Position numbers and translations under genes: made by a program. From Octopus sinensis (Eukaryota): a DNA stretch of 64,000 nt. A model generated the notes under the pieces. It did not search any database and was not told the DNA's origin. It saw only the letters and a list, made by a program, of their open reading frames with translations. The stretch is from assembly GCF_006345805.1 (NCBI RefSeq), contig NC_043004.1, positions 54,684,001 through 54,748,000 of the forward strand. Reading direction: 5' to 3'. Shown here piece by piece: positions 14,910-29,218 of the stretch; the first letter of the stretch is position 1; every line of letters begins with the position of its first letter.

Positions 14910-14914
<5 letters not shown>
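14552..14914. repeat. Long inverted repeat (~160-bp arms, ~40-nt spacer), Penelope-like fold-back terminus
   Basis: Arms are reverse-complementary with about 6 mismatches. Mirror ORFs 14614..14814(-) and 14652..14870(+). (TA)n at the right end. Confidence 0.9.
14786..14866 (+). ncRNA. Type I hammerhead ribozyme motif (PLE-type)
   Basis: TTTC-CTGATGA-GAAGGC[..]GTCTTC-GAAAC-ATAT-GTC/GAGA: intact core, 6-bp stem II, palindromic stem III ACATATGT, 4-bp stem I. Predicted cleavage after 14862. Confidence 0.75.
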
Positions 14915-14941
<27 letters not shown>

Positions 14942-15249
14942 ATAGTAAAAAGTGAAAAAGATTTTATTCGGCCAGAAGGAGGAGCAGTAGGCACTCGCCC
15001 AAGACGCAACGCAGTGGGACTGAACTTGAAACCAGGTGGCTGGAATGCAAACTTCTTACCACGCAACCATGTATTGTCTTTTGATCAAGTATTCGTCACT
15101 ACAAGAAATGTGAGTCATTATTTCTTCACCACCTCCAGCACCAGTACTATCTCATGAACCACAACCATCACGACTAATTTTGCCATTACTCAAGCACCAA
15201 CACCATCCTTTTCAGCACCACCATGGTTACTACAACACAACTTGTGGCT

Positions 15250-15500
15250 GTAGCGGCAGACGAAATGCCTATTTCTTTACTACCCACAAGAGGCTAAACA
15301 CAGAGAGGACAAACAAGGACAAACAAACGGATTAAGTCGATTTCATCGACCTCAGTGCGTAACTGGTACTTAATTTATCGACCCCGAAAGGATGAAAGGC
15401 AAAGTCGAACTCGGCGGAATTCGAACTCAGAACGTAACGGTAGATGAAATACCGCTAAGCATTTCGCCCGGCGTGCTAACGATTCTACCAGCTTGCCACC
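15250..15500 (-). mobile_element. SINE family 2
   Basis: Minus-strand head GGTGGCAAGCTGGTAGAATCGTTAGCACGCCGGGCGAAATGC..GAGTTCGAATTCCGCCGAG (B-box-like). Confidence 0.8.
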
Positions 15501-16069
15501 TTACTAACTTCTACTACTTCAACTACTATTACTACAATTATTATTACTACTGGTATTATTACTACTACTACAACTACTACTACTACTATAACTACCATTA
15601 CTACTACTACCGACATACTACTGCCACCGCATCCAACACTCCATCGCCACTATCATCATCACCACTGCTACCAACTCTACTACGACGACTACTATCTGTA
15701 CTGATCCTACTACCTCTGACATCATGATGCGCACGCCCATCTCGTCATACGTAACCTTGAGTGTGCTCTCGTTAATTTATTTCATATGACAGTTATGACG
15801 TCAGAGAAACATGGACGACTCTTCATCAATGCATACACACACATTTTTACATATATGCACACTTAGTACACACTCATTTCTATACGGATGTGTGTATATG
15901 CATATATATGTATATGTATATGTGTGTAAGTATGGTTGTACAAGTATATATATATATATATAAGGGTATATATATATATATGTTTGCGTGTGTGCATGTA
16001 AATACATATATGTATCTATGTATATAGATACATATATATATATGCATATACATAAATGTATATGTATGC

Positions 16070-16106
<37 letters not shown>

Positions 16107-16215
16107 CATATGTGTATGTTTATATATATATATGTGTGTGTATATATATATACGTGTGTAAATATATATACATATATACATAGATGCATCATATATATAT
16201 ATGAATATATATATA

Positions 16216-16285
<70 letters not shown>

Positions 16286-16859
16286 GTGTGTGTGTGTATG
16301 TATGTATATGTATATGTACATTCACACACGTAGTCATTACACCAACGTAAACTTACATAATATTCATGCATACGCACTCACATACTCACCCGCACGGCTC
16401 TCTCCTACACAAGTAACGTTTACACATGCACATGCACTCATACACATACTCACACATACATGCATCACATAGATGCGCACATAAACACACAGAGACATTA
16501 CATGCACAATGCAACGTGAATGAATTAATCTATGAATGAATGATACCTTGTCACAACCAGCAACGTGTGTCCGTGTACGCACGCGCGTGTGTGTGTATTT
16601 GAAAATGCTTGTAAATATATTCTCATTACGACATAAAGATGAAGCCATACTCTGGTAGATATGACGATGATAATGCTATAGTTTCTTACAGAGGGACACA
16701 CGCACACAGATTGGAAAAGGGACAGATAAAAAGAGAAGAGATAAAGAGATCGTGAATAAAAAACAAAAGAGAGCTAAAATGCTACAACCATTTTGAAATC
16801 GACTACCGTCATTGACTACGTCAAGTAAATTGTTACGTAATATGTTACCATTGGTTACA

Positions 16860-17640
16860 GAATAGGATATGAGTGACGGATAAAAAGCTTGGACAATTAT
16901 GATATGCTCAGCAATGGACATTGTCCACCCCAGTCCATTAAATTACCAATTCATTACTTGTCTCTTGCTGTACCTTCATCAACAAGGCTCTTTTTCACAA
17001 CATTGCAGGACCTCCATCCCTCAGGCATACAAAGCTTTGTACGAGTACGAGATCGTCAAACAGTCTTCATTCCGTAGACATTACATCAGTTCTATGAAAA
17101 AAAAGCGACTCTGTTCAATACCAGAGTCTCGTATCATCTCATTATTTCACTCACCAACATCAACGGGCATGTTTCAGCTCGGTTTCCCTTTCCTACAACA
17201 GCATCTAGCTAAATGCTATGACCCACAAAATTAACTGGTATCCTACTGGATAACTACTATCCGAATCGTTGATTCATTCTGGTACGAAAGTCAAATCTGG
17301 GAACGACTCAACGTTGTTGTGGACATATCATAAATGTTTTCATAGTGTCCTCATTGTTATTTTTCCTGAGCGCTGCTTGCTTCTCAAATTTTAATTGGAT
17401 GGATCCAGTATCCCATCCCAAGTGCCATAGCAGTTAGACAAGGGAACGGCAAAAGCAAGACGGCATCTGTCTTCCGGTCCCAAAGTGGCAAGTCTCTAAT
17501 CTGGGTTGCGACTTGAAGCGACATTTCAACACTAGAGAAACCAACATCATACGTAGGCACCGTCACTTGACAAATGGGGAGGACGACACTGGTTGTTTAC
17601 CAATAGGTTTCTTTTCAAACCGAGAGCAGCTTATTCATTC
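16860..17640 (-). mobile_element. Old decayed RTE-like LINE fragment
   Basis: Fragmentary minus-strand similarity to the post-RT region of RTE elements (PFPC..G.G..WIH-type Cys motif). Very diverged. Confidence 0.3.
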
Positions 17641-17945
17641 TCAATAGGATAGAGTTTGCCATCTGTAAAAATGTGATCTGCACGCACAGGCACAGACTCA
17701 CACATATATGCATACACACGCATACACAAACACACACACATACGAACAGTCACACAATACACACAACACGCTCACACGCGCTCATCACAACACACTCACA
17801 CACGTACATACACACACATATATTTCCACTCGCATGTGCACAACCACAACACACACACATACAATTATTTTATATAAATGCACTCCCACCCACACATATC
17901 TATCTATACACAGATACAACCATGCATAAATGCATGGATGTGTAC

Positions 17946-17979
<34 letters not shown>

Positions 17980-18197
17980 GTACACATGCGAGTGGAAATA
18001 TATGTGTGTGTATGTACGTGTGTTTCTCCTTGTTTCTCTCCGTGTTTCTTTTCTGTGTATCTTTCTGTTGAAGAGCGTAGGCCCGAAACGTAAAAGACTT
18101 GTTTTATTTATATTCCTGAGCGCCATACTTATACAATTGTTTGTATGTATTCCACCTGCCTTCGTCTTTTGTTTATTTTCATAAAGCTTCCCGTTAT

Positions 18198-18246
<49 letters not shown>

Positions 18247-18295
18247 GAATGAAACAAGTAGGAGATAAATGTTAAAAAGCTTATATAATATATAT

Positions 18296-19260
18296 ACTAT
18301 CAGAGACTCCCGGCGTTTCCCGGGAATTAAATTTTTCCTTACATATTGGAAGAATAACAATAAAAATAATGATATAGGCGCATGAGTGGCTGTGATAGGC
18401 GCAGGAGTGGTTGTGTGGTAAGTAGCTTGCCTACCAACCACATGGTTCCGGGTTAAGTCCCACAGTGTGGCATCTTGGGCAAGTGTCTTCTGCTATAGCC
18501 CCGGGCCGAACAATGCCTTGTGTGTGGATTTGGTAGACGGAAAGAAGCCTGTCGTATATATGTATATATATGTATGTATGTGTATGTATATGTTTGTGTG
18601 TCTGTGTTTGTCCCTCTAGCATTGTTTGACAATCGATGCTGGTGTGTTTACGTCCACCGTCACTTAGCGGTTCGGCAAAAGAGACCGATAGAATAAGTAC
18701 TGGGCTTACAAAGAATAAGTCCTAGGGTCGATTTGCTCGACTAAAGGCGGTGCTCCAGCATGGCCGCAGTCAAATGACTGAAACAGGTAAAAGAGTAAAA
18801 GAGTAAAGAGTATAATAATAATAAACGAAAATTCAAAGTTTACCATTTTTATGGAAAGAGATCAATTCTACCACATACATTATGTGAGAGCTTCTGGATA
18901 AACAACATTCTTTGTTTTCTGGTTTGGAGCTTAGACAAATAAGTCTTGCAAACTACCGACCCTGGAGCAAGCAACAAAGTTGACCATGAGAAAAGAAAGC
19001 CATTAGATTTCAAAGACTGACCTTGAGCTGTATTAATAGATATTGCAAAGGAAAGTCGCACTGGGAATTGTGTTCGCTTGAAATCAAAGGACATGTCTGT
19101 TGGTTTGATTGGAATGCTTGGAACAAAAACCTCTTACCCAGAGGCACATCCAGGGATGTCTGAGGACAAATTATTCATACATCACAATTATGGAAGTAAT
19201 TGGTGAAACCGTTTTCGCATGAAAAGTGAATATGCACACATCTCTATTTTATATATTAGA
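18296..19260 (-). mobile_element. Internally deleted Helitron with a Pif1-helicase C-terminal remnant, interrupted by a SINE
   Basis: 5' TCTAATATATAAAA at 19260. FKRTQFPVRLSFAISINTAQGQSLK helicase motif (ORF 18849..19094). 3' hairpin CCCGGGAAACGCCGGG plus ..ATAG (degenerate CTAG) near 18296. Confidence 0.75.
18398..18810 (+). mobile_element. tRNA-derived SINE family 1 nested in the Helitron
   Basis: Complete head GGCGCAGGAGTGGTTGTGTGGTAAG and (GAGTAAAA)n tail. Confidence 0.88.
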
Positions 19261-19833
19261 TATACACACACATGTTTATATATGTATATATATTTATACA
19301 CAAACATGTTTATATAAGTATATATACATATATATGTATATATGTATATTATAGATGGTCTAGTATGGGTATATATTGTTGTAAAATATTCATGTAATGC
19401 AGCGTGAAAATTTTAATTTTAATTTTACTGTATTAATTGACTTATATTTCGTATATAATTATTTACAATATGTATTTTGAATCCACTCTCCGATTTAAGG
19501 TTTTCTTCGATTTTACAATATGATGAATTTATATTGAATTCATTTATTTTGTTCATTGCATGCTTAAGACCGTTAATTGAAAGGACCAATGAAACAAATC
19601 CACTTTTAAAGGTGTATCCTTTAACTAGTTTTGATTATATCGTTATTTCTGTTCCGTTTTAACAAAACATAGATTGCATATCCGATTTGGACCACCAAGA
19701 GCTGCAGATATGTTCTGATCTTCGTGGATCTTAAAATGTCTTTTGAGGCCTACATTAGATTTTCAAACCTTCTGGCATACATTGCATTGAAAGGTGTGCA
19801 CAGACATATAGGCAGAATAGTTGGTGGAGAGTC

Positions 19834-19877
<44 letters not shown>

Positions 19878-19895
19878 CATACATACATAAATATC

Positions 19896-19941
<46 letters not shown>

Positions 19942-19982
19942 TATATAGATATATATATATATATATAAATACATACATACAT

Positions 19983-20020
<38 letters not shown>

Positions 20021-20054
20021 TATATATATAATATCTATATATATAATATATATA

Positions 20055-22560
20055 CTAGCAGTAATACCCGTCGTTCATCGGATAATTACTTTTACTCTTA
20101 CTCAGGAGTCACATTCATAGTATTATTATATAATAATTACTCCTCCTGTATGTGTGTATTCTATAAGTGAAAAACATGTAATAATTGAAGTAGGACAAAT
20201 ATCAACTTCATACATGAACTTTTATTTGTTTATTATATGACAATAAAAAGTGAGTTGCATGTGTTACTCTATTTATTAATACAGTAATGGCAATTATATA
20301 ATATAGTTCATTTAAATAGGTTATTTACTCATTCTTGAATGTAATGATAGTAATGGGAAATTAAGTTATTGAAGTATCCATGCTGCATTAAGAGTGAATA
20401 TTTCTGTATAGACAATGTTTCATATTTATTTTGGGCTGCATAAACAAAAGGATTTGCTTTTGCTCCCACACCTGATGGCTCTACATAAATTTGGCCACGT
20501 GAAAAGCATGGTTCTTCAAGTTGCAACCCAGCAATTTTTAGTGTTTGGCTCTGACTTTAATTAATGCTCATGGCAAAAAGAACTTGAATATGAAACTGTA
20601 ACCGCTTAAATTGGAATGGGAAATCAGATTGTATAAAGGTTATGCGAGGAAAGAAGATGGTCTCACATTTGCCACAACCAGTGAGAATATTTGCCTCATT
20701 GCAGTTCCTCATAAGTTTGTGCACAATTGGACTTGTACCATTGCATAATTTCGGTTGAGACAAATTACGAAATAGCACAATAGGAGTCCCTTTTTCCAGC
20801 TGAAAACAATGTGTGGTTGTAGTGAGCTCAAACATTTGATGGGTGAATACTTCTCCGGAGGTTTATTCAGTAGCATATCATTAATGCTATTTGCAGCAAC
20901 ATTTTTGGAACCAGAATAGCTCGCTCACTATATTGTTGTTAGTATGAAGAACATTTGGAAAGATTTCACTAAATCATCGACGAAATCAACTGAATTCCAT
21001 ATTGGATTGAGTGTAAGAAACTGTTCTTCAATTGCAACTCACCCTTCACCGAGTTTGAAAAGCTGCTCTGAAAATAGTTCAGCTGATTGATCTTTTCAAA
21101 GTCTCAATCTCATATTTGTCGAAAGTTGAAGTGTTTTACATGGTACCATAATACAGAAGACTTTATTAAAGCATTGAGCTCATCCACTTTTGTTACTCTC
21201 GGAACAACTGATAGTGTTCGTCGGAAGTTTCCTGACAATAATACTGTGACATTTCCCATAATAGAATTAAAATTTCTAAATGTTCTGTCTACAGCTTCAA
21301 AAGCTTTTTTGTGGGCCATGGTACATTCGTCCCAGACCATTAGGTGACATCTTTGTATTAGTTCACCCATTCCAGAATTTTAAGATATATTATAAAGTGG
21401 ACTTCTTTGTTAGATAAATCGAAAGGTAACTTGTATGTTGAATGGGCAATTCGACCTCCGGGTAGTAATGTTGTTGCAATCTCAGAAGCAGCTGTAGCTA
21501 AAGCTATTTTATTTTCTTGATGAACTGTTGCCAGGGGGAGTTTAATTACAAATGTTTTCTCCGTACCTCTTGGAGCATCTAAGAAATAAAGTCCTCCTGT
21601 GTTATTGTTAAAACTTTCAATGATAGAGAATATGCATGACGTTGATCAGATAGAAGCTTGGGAAGATTATCATTTATGTACATGGTCAGTTCCTCTATAT
21701 CATAGGAAATTTCTTTCATATTTTCAGTGGACAGACTGTTAACATCCCCTCTATTAGTTAGTGGGTTACCTAAATTTTCTATAGATTCACTTCCCATCGA
21801 AATAATTTGATCTTGTATTTCAAACAAAGCCATATTGGATATAGCATCAGTGAAACCAATATCTAACTCAGGATTACTCAAATGAACTTGGTACTTGAAA
21901 TCTTCGGCAAGATCATTTCTGAGCTTATTCTCTGGTTCAATAGGATTACTTCACAATTTTCGAAAATAATAGCAAAAAGACCTCTTAGATTCTTTGGAGT
22001 TTTTGATATTGAAGTTTCTTCCAGTGTTGCTTCCCATTGCTGATCATTTTCAAGCAAACCTAACTTCAAACACGCTTCTCGACATGTTCTGCTAATCTTA
22101 CCATCAATTTCGTCCAAACTTTCCCTTGGATTTGATCTTCTTTTTACATGAAGTAAGCATTCTGAGATGAAAGCATTTATTTTCGTTCGGATGTACAGCA
22201 TATACTCTACCGATTGTTGTACCAAACTTAATCCCAGAATGACCTTGAACCTTCATATCTATTTTGTGTCTATTCCATTTACTATTACTCCATGTGTAAT
22301 AAGAAGGAACTTCGTGATATAGCAGCGTTTGTTTTTTTTTGGGGGGGGTGCAAAATTTTCCCCCACCCCCACCCTGGCAAAGATTGAAAAAGGCTGTTAA
22401 AGTAGTATCCTTTAGATGTGAAACTTGATTTACAGCTGTCTCAGCAGTGAAGTAAACTCTAAATGCACATTTTCTAAATGCACAGAAAGCAGTTGAATAG
22501 CTGGGTGACGTTCATGAATTGGGAATTGAAATCTGCGCCAAAAGGCCTCATTACTGCTTT
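20055..22560 (-). mobile_element. Decayed autonomous-type Helitron (Rep-Pif1 helicase pseudogene), 5'-truncated
   Basis: Minus-strand motifs in order: FPIHERHPAIQLLSVHLEN, DTTLTAFF, LLYHEVPSYYTW, TCREACLKLGLLENDQQW, degenerate Walker A FLDAPRGTEKT, WDECTMAHKKAFEAVDRT, RNLSQPKLCNGT, FKRLQF..FAMSIN. 3' end has a hairpin plus CTAG at 20055-20058. Confidence 0.9.
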
Positions 22561-23047
22561 TATATATCTCTAATTGATATTGTTTAACTTGATAGGCTGT
22601 ATATCCAAGGACAATTGAAATATTCAGTTTTGAATCTTAACCGGGGTGAGACTACTACTACAGATTTGCTGTTTTACTTTCATTTTGACAAACAGAAATT
22701 CAATTTTATGTATATAGATACATACATATATATGTGTGTGGTAGGGGTGTATGTATGTATGCATGTATGTATGTGTGTGTATATATATATATGTACATAT
22801 ACATATATGTGTGTGTGCGTGTGTGTGTGCGTGTGTGTGTGTCTGTGTGTGTGTGCGTGTGTGTGTCTTTTACTGGTTTCAGTCATAGGACTGCACTCAC
22901 GCTGGGATACCCCACTTAGTAAAAGGGACATAAACACACCAACACTGGTTGTCAAACGGTTGAGGAGGATAAACACAGACACTCATACATGAATAACTAT
23001 GCACACACGCTTACACACACTTACACACACATATATGTATGTATAAA

Positions 23048-23392
23048 TATTCTTTTATTCTTTTGTTCTTTAATTTGTTTTGGTCATGACTGCAGCCATG
23101 CTGGAGCACCTCATTAAGAGGTTTTAGTCGAACAAATCGCCCGCAGGAGTTATTCTTTGTAAGCCTAGTACTTATTCTGTCGGTATCTCTTGTTACGGGG
23201 GATATAAACACACCAACATCGGTTGTTAAGCGATGGTGCGGGGAAAACATATGCACAGACACACAAATATATATATATACGACGAGCTTCTTTCAGTTTT
23301 CGTCTACCATATCCACTCGCAAGGCTTTGGTGGACTCGAGGCTATAGTTGAAGACACTTGCGCAAGGTGCAACGCAGTGGGACTGAACCCGG

Positions 23393-23394
<2 letters not shown>
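23048..23394 (-). mobile_element. SINE family 1 (head truncated by (TG)n)
   Basis: Shared family 1 body. A further partial copy lies at 22866-22980. Confidence 0.8.
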
Positions 23395-23470
<76 letters not shown>

Positions 23471-24775
23471 TTGTGTGTGTGTTGTGTGTTTGTTGTGTGT
23501 GTGCTGTGTGTTCCTGGGTGCGTGCATGTATGTGTTAGTATGTATGAACATTTGAGTGCAGAAGATGAATGCATGTGAAGGAGTGTGTATTTAAGTACGT
23601 GTCTTTGTAAAAATCACTTGAAAGACAATAGACAACAGCATTCAGTGAGTGTGTTTGTGCGTGTGTGTGTGTTTGTGTGTGTATGCGTGCGTGCGTGTGT
23701 GTGTGTATAAAATTCAAGATTCAAGCATATCCTTAATTAGTAAAGCACCAAGTTTGAGTCAGTGATATCGCTATCGTGTACAAACAATATTTGAAGAACA
23801 AATACGTAATTACTAAATTAAACACGGGTTTATACTCTGGTTGTGTGTACAATCACAAATGGGTGACTGAATATGCAATGAGTCTCAAGGTTGCACAAAG
23901 GCTGCACATTGGTACAAACACTGCACCAATTGTACTGCATTCAACAAACTTCAGATCCACGCGAATTGCAGGCTCCAGATAAGGTGAATAACAAACAAAT
24001 AGTTATTATTTGTGTGTGGTGTGTGTGTGTGTGTGTGTGTGTGTACAGATATATACGACAGACTTCTTTCAGTTTCTGTCAACCAAATTATCTCACAAGG
24101 CTCACAAGTGAAGAATGAAGTTATAGGTATTTTCAACTGTTTAAACACCATATGGGTAATAAATCACTTTACAAGTTGGTAAACGTGGATTAGAACCACG
24201 ATTATGTTGCAGCGATTATATAACATTCATAATATAACGACTGATTCAGTATCATTTAATTATAACCAAAAGGATAAAAAATAATAGGAGTATAATTTGT
24301 ATGAATTCATCTATAAACAGCATTACATGATTTAGTGGGAGGTGTTTATGTTATTACAGAAAGGAAGAACTTCCGCTGAAAGTTAAAAATTAAAAAAAGT
24401 GAAAATGACAGTTTTAGTGAATCAATTGATAAGATTATTTTATAAGTTGAATTCATTAATGTAGGAGGCAAATCATTGATAAATCTTCGTACTATAGAAT
24501 ATGTGGAATAGGACGCAGATTTATCAACATTTATCAGTGTTTTCTCTCTTCAATCAGACAACTGACAGATTATGCAGACTAATTAATGAACTTAACATGA
24601 AATGATCTTGACGAGTGAAACACTAAATGTCTCGTCTTTACCATCAGTGCACGGTCGTAAATCACACACCCGCAGAACAAACAGTGTGCTCAGAGGCGCC
24701 ACGCAGTCATGACCGCGACGACGTTGTCGCAGAGAATGGCCAGTGACACTCGCTGCAGCAGTCACTCCATTTCAT

Positions 24776-26398
24776 GGGGCTCATTTCTCAGATGGAGCTC
24801 ATTTCTCAAGATTTTGCGAAAGAAATCGGTTGTGCAGAGTCCGAGAATACCTAAGGTTCCAACGGGGACCGATACAAACTGATAACGGTCGGTCAGGCCA
24901 CTCTATTTAATATTTAAGTGAGCACTATTTCGACAGCATGTCTGTCTTCCCGGGGTTCAATATGCAAAATGAAAAATACACAGAAGTGCAGAAATTCAAA
25001 ATTTTGTTTGTATTTCAAAAGCATTGCATGAAAATTGCCAAAATATTCCGGAAAAATACCCTTCTTTCAAATAAATATTTTCTCGTCCTATTGTACCCTT
25101 TAAACCTAACACAAGTATAAGAAAACTATTAACTAGTACCTCTAATTGTAATCAAAACTGTATTGGAGTTTCTGAACGGTGTAGCCCTAAAAAGAATCGC
25201 AAGATAGGTAAACAACGTTCATTGCAACAGTATAAATTAGGGCAACAGTATGAGTCAGGTCTATCACAAATTATAACAGATATTTTATGGTTTACACTGA
25301 ATATGGAACCTGCAACTAATCCCATATAGGGCAGACAACTGAATGCACTGAACACGATTTATGTTGGTTACACAACAGAATGTTTTTTTTAATTTAATAG
25401 GCATACCTCAGACACAACACTACTACAACGAAAGTTGGCAACCATTTTACAGCAAACATTTGTAAATTTGGCAATGACCTGATAATGCATATTCTCAGAA
25501 AATATCACGACCTCGCTGCACTTTCAGTCCTCGCATGACATAAGGATAAATATATTTGTGAGTTACTAACGTCACGTCCGAGTTTAATGAATAAAATGAT
25601 GGAGAATTATATCAGACTAGCAGTATCGCCCGGCGTTGCTCGGGTTTGTAAGGGAAATAACTATATAAGCATTTTTAGAGAGTTATAGCCAAAAAATAGC
25701 AAAAAAATGCATTAAAAATGGGAAAAAAATGATGGTAAATTTTTTTTTTAATCGTTGACTCATCGTAGACATGTTTAGAGAGTTACTTCCCTTATATAAT
25801 AGCGAAAAAATGCATTAAAATGGAAAAAAATTATGGTAATTTTTTTTTAATCGTAGACTCATCGTAGACGCGCGCTAATACCCAGAAGGGCTCGATATGA
25901 ATCACGACTATAAAATACCCGCTTTTGGTTAAACTGCACCGCAAAATGTGGGAGTAGTTAGGAATCTAAATCGTAGGAGACAGACACACAACTTCACTTT
26001 TATATATAAAGATTTATGTAAAACTTTTTGACTACGGTTATTATTCTTTCCTTCTTTTTCTCATTTTTTTCGGTTTATCTTTACCCTTGTTCCCAGTTAT
26101 GAACGTGCGAAACTTGATGGCAGATTTTGGAAAAGAACGCAAGATGTTTCAGTCGAAATTTTGAATTTCTGCACTTCTGTTTATTTTTCATTTTGCGTTT
26201 TTCATTTTGAACCCCAGGAAGACAGATATGCTGTCGAAACAGTTCTCACGTTAATAAACAATGCTAAATAGAGAGACCTGACCGACCGTTATCAGTTTGT
26301 GTCGGTCTCCGTTGGAATCTCAGGTGTTCTCGGACCCTGCACAACCGATTACTTTCACAAAACCTTGAGAAATGAACCGCATCTGAGAAATGAGTCCC
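24776..26398. mobile_element. Non-autonomous DNA transposon with long (~230 bp) diverged TIRs (Mutator/foldback-like)
   Basis: 24776-25003 (GGGGCTCATTTCTCAGATG..GAAATTCAAAATTT) is an imperfect reverse complement of 26157-26398. No TSD or transposase is visible, so the superfamily is inferred. Confidence 0.75.
25617..26012 (-). mobile_element. Non-autonomous Helitron (~400 bp) nested in the long-TIR element
   Basis: A|TCTTTATATATAAAAG...CCCGAGCAACGCCGGGCGATACTGCTAG|T: 5' TC, subterminal hairpin, 3' CTAG, inserted in AT without a TSD. Near-identical to 45407-45806. Confidence 0.92.
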
Positions 26399-27059
26399 AA
26401 TTAGGTTCTTGATTATAGAGGGTGGGTACTTAGGAATTTGTTAATATATAGTAGTCTACAGTTGGGTTTTCTGAGGCGGAAATACCTGATGGTGCCTTGG
26501 TGTGATGGCAAAGAAATTAACTTAAAACGAGAAACTGAGCAGCGTCATACACAGCTTTAACTGTGAATAAATAATATTATTCCACTAAGATTACTGAGCA
26601 ATTTTTTGACGAACTGCAACACATAGTGTGAATCCGCTAATCACAGAGAATCATATAAAACTGCTTGGTTTTGTTCATTCGAAAATTTTCAATTTCCGTT
26701 CAGTGTTCACACACGCGTTGTCGTAGCGCTAATTTAATTTGTTTGAATTATTTATAAACAGCTTCTATGATAAATGAGTAGTTTACCGTGGGTGGATGTA
26801 CCACATGGAGCGCGTACGCTGTTAAACAGACACACGCACCTGTTTCTATTCCCGCCTTCTGTTTTTCTCTCTCTCTTTCTTTCTCTCTCTTTCTATTTGT
26901 CTTTCTCTCTCTCTCTCTCTGTCTTTCTCTCTTATTTAGGCTAACTTAACATTTTTCTCACAGCTCGTTTAACTTTTGTATTTAACTTTTGAATTACGAA
27001 AACAAATAGTCGAGTAGGTCAACACACACAAAACCACATGTACCATCGTCAACAATGTC

Positions 27060-27060
<1 letters not shown>

Positions 27061-27126
<66 letters not shown>

Positions 27127-27405
27127 ATAGTAGTAGTAGTAATAGTAGTAGCAGTAGTAGTAGTAGTAGTAGTAGTAGGAGTAGTAGTAGGAGGAGGAGG
27201 AGGAGGAGGAGCGGGGGAGGAGGAAGAGGAACGGAGGAGGAGGAAGAGGGACGGAGGAGGAGGAAGAGGGACGGAGGAGGAGGAAGAGGGACGGAGGAGG
27301 AGGAAGAGGGACGGAGGAGGAGGAAGAGGGACGGAGGAGGAGGAAGAGGAAGAGGAGCGGAGGAGGAGCGGGGGAGGAGGGGGAGGAGGGGGAGCGGAGG
27401 AGGAG
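27061..27405. repeat. (GTA)n followed by a purine-rich GGAGGAGGAAGAGGGAC minisatellite
   Basis: Directly visible 18-21 nt units. Confidence 0.9.
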
Positions 27406-29129
27406 TTTTGTTGTGAAAAGTCTTGTTTCATGGATCTCTAAGATTACTAAGATTACTTGAGGAAAACTCTATTTGAGACAAGAAAACTATCCCCTTCGAT
27501 GTATTTGAACGTCCATTTCATTTGCTCTGAAATAGAGAAGAAGGTTTGTTCATAGATATGGCTACACGTTTTCGCAAACGTAGATTTTGATATGTTTATT
27601 TAGTGTTCAAGATCACCACGGAAATAGCAAGAGGAGATGCACGACACAAAAATGGTGGTAACGAATACAGCCAACCGAGTCCTAAAACTTTTGAAAGATA
27701 AACAGAAAAAAATGACAATTAAACACACATATTTATAAACTCAGGAAGTCTCAATTTGACAAACGAAAACACTACCAACCCATACTTAATAAGATGGCGT
27801 AGATCACGAGTTCTTCATGATTCTGCTCAACGAAGATGTGAAGATTTGGACGAAGTATGTTACAAAAGACATTGCCTCTTTACCCAATGGATTTATCAAG
27901 AAAACTCTGAAGAGCAGGACGGCCTATTTCTGTGATTTCTTTAAGGACATTAGTGAAAAGCTTGAGCATGATCACCCGCAATAGGACATATGAAAACGTA
28001 TTTGTTCTTTAAGACAGATCATCGAGCAGAGAGATTGGCAGAGATGACATGACACACACCGGCCCACAAGCTGGCTCTGGAAACTAAAGAATACGAGGTT
28101 CTTTACTATAGATATTAGCAGGGAGGTTGGTTCACAGTAAATTAATTACTTATTAATTTACTGAAATTATCTTCACTTTGAGAGAAATGTAAACAGGCGC
28201 CTAGCGATAATTACAACCGACTTTAAACGAGAAGGGAAGATAAACTCAAACAAATAGCATATTTCGACTATTAACATACCGTTAAGTAAAATAATTTATT
28301 TTGAATCGTATTTAGTACACCTTTCTTTATCAAGTACCACTAAACATTCTGAGTTATTTCTACTCCAAACTCGTTGTTTTATATGTATAGGGGCAGAAGT
28401 ATGTGATTGCAGTCATTCATACATACATAAATAAATACATACAAACATAAATATAATCCTTAATAGTTTATTCTATCATGGACCTAAGGTCTGAAATTCC
28501 GAGAGAGGTAACATCAGCACTAACACTTCACTGAAAATCAAGGTTCTCAAATTTATCAACCGCGGAAAGATTAGAAATGCCAAGTTAACGAGATTTGGAG
28601 TCAGAATATAAAAAGCCGAAATAATTACGCTCTAATGTCTTCTGCCATTCAACCGGCCTTACATACTCTCTAACTATACACTAATATATTCCAATGTTAC
28701 ATCTTATTAATCATAGTGGTGTATTTTCCAACACAAGAACTCGATAAATATAGAATTATAAATTATTTAGACTTGCAACACAAATCTATAGACGGAAAGA
28801 GTAGACGGAAAGTGATGATTTTTGTTATACTATTTAAGAAAATATGCGTGACCTTACCGCGTAGCATGTCCTTCCCCAACAGAGCCGTATGTTGAGAGAA
28901 CTATATTAATCATCAAGCAAATTAATACAGTTCTAATTCTTCTATATCTTATTATGAGGTGTAAAAAGACAGAATCTCTTTCTTACAAGGAATTACAGAA
29001 GTTGAATGTAAAACTACCCTGAATAGGCAAATGTTTCCCAACTAGACTCTGCTATTCCCAAACTGATGATAATCTCTCAAGAGGACAAAAATCCATCTCG
29101 AAATACTCAATATGGAGTTAGCATTCAAA

Positions 29130-29218
<89 letters not shown>

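Noticed and set aside
20557-21370. Host PIF1 helicase gene
   Set aside because: Intronless, frameshifted, preceded by Helitron-specific motifs and ending in hairpin+CTAG.
27500-28150. Coding-like composition suggesting a decayed gene or TE; includes a CTGAAGA
   Set aside because: No ORF or recognisable motif, and no matching GAAA or stems for a hammerhead.
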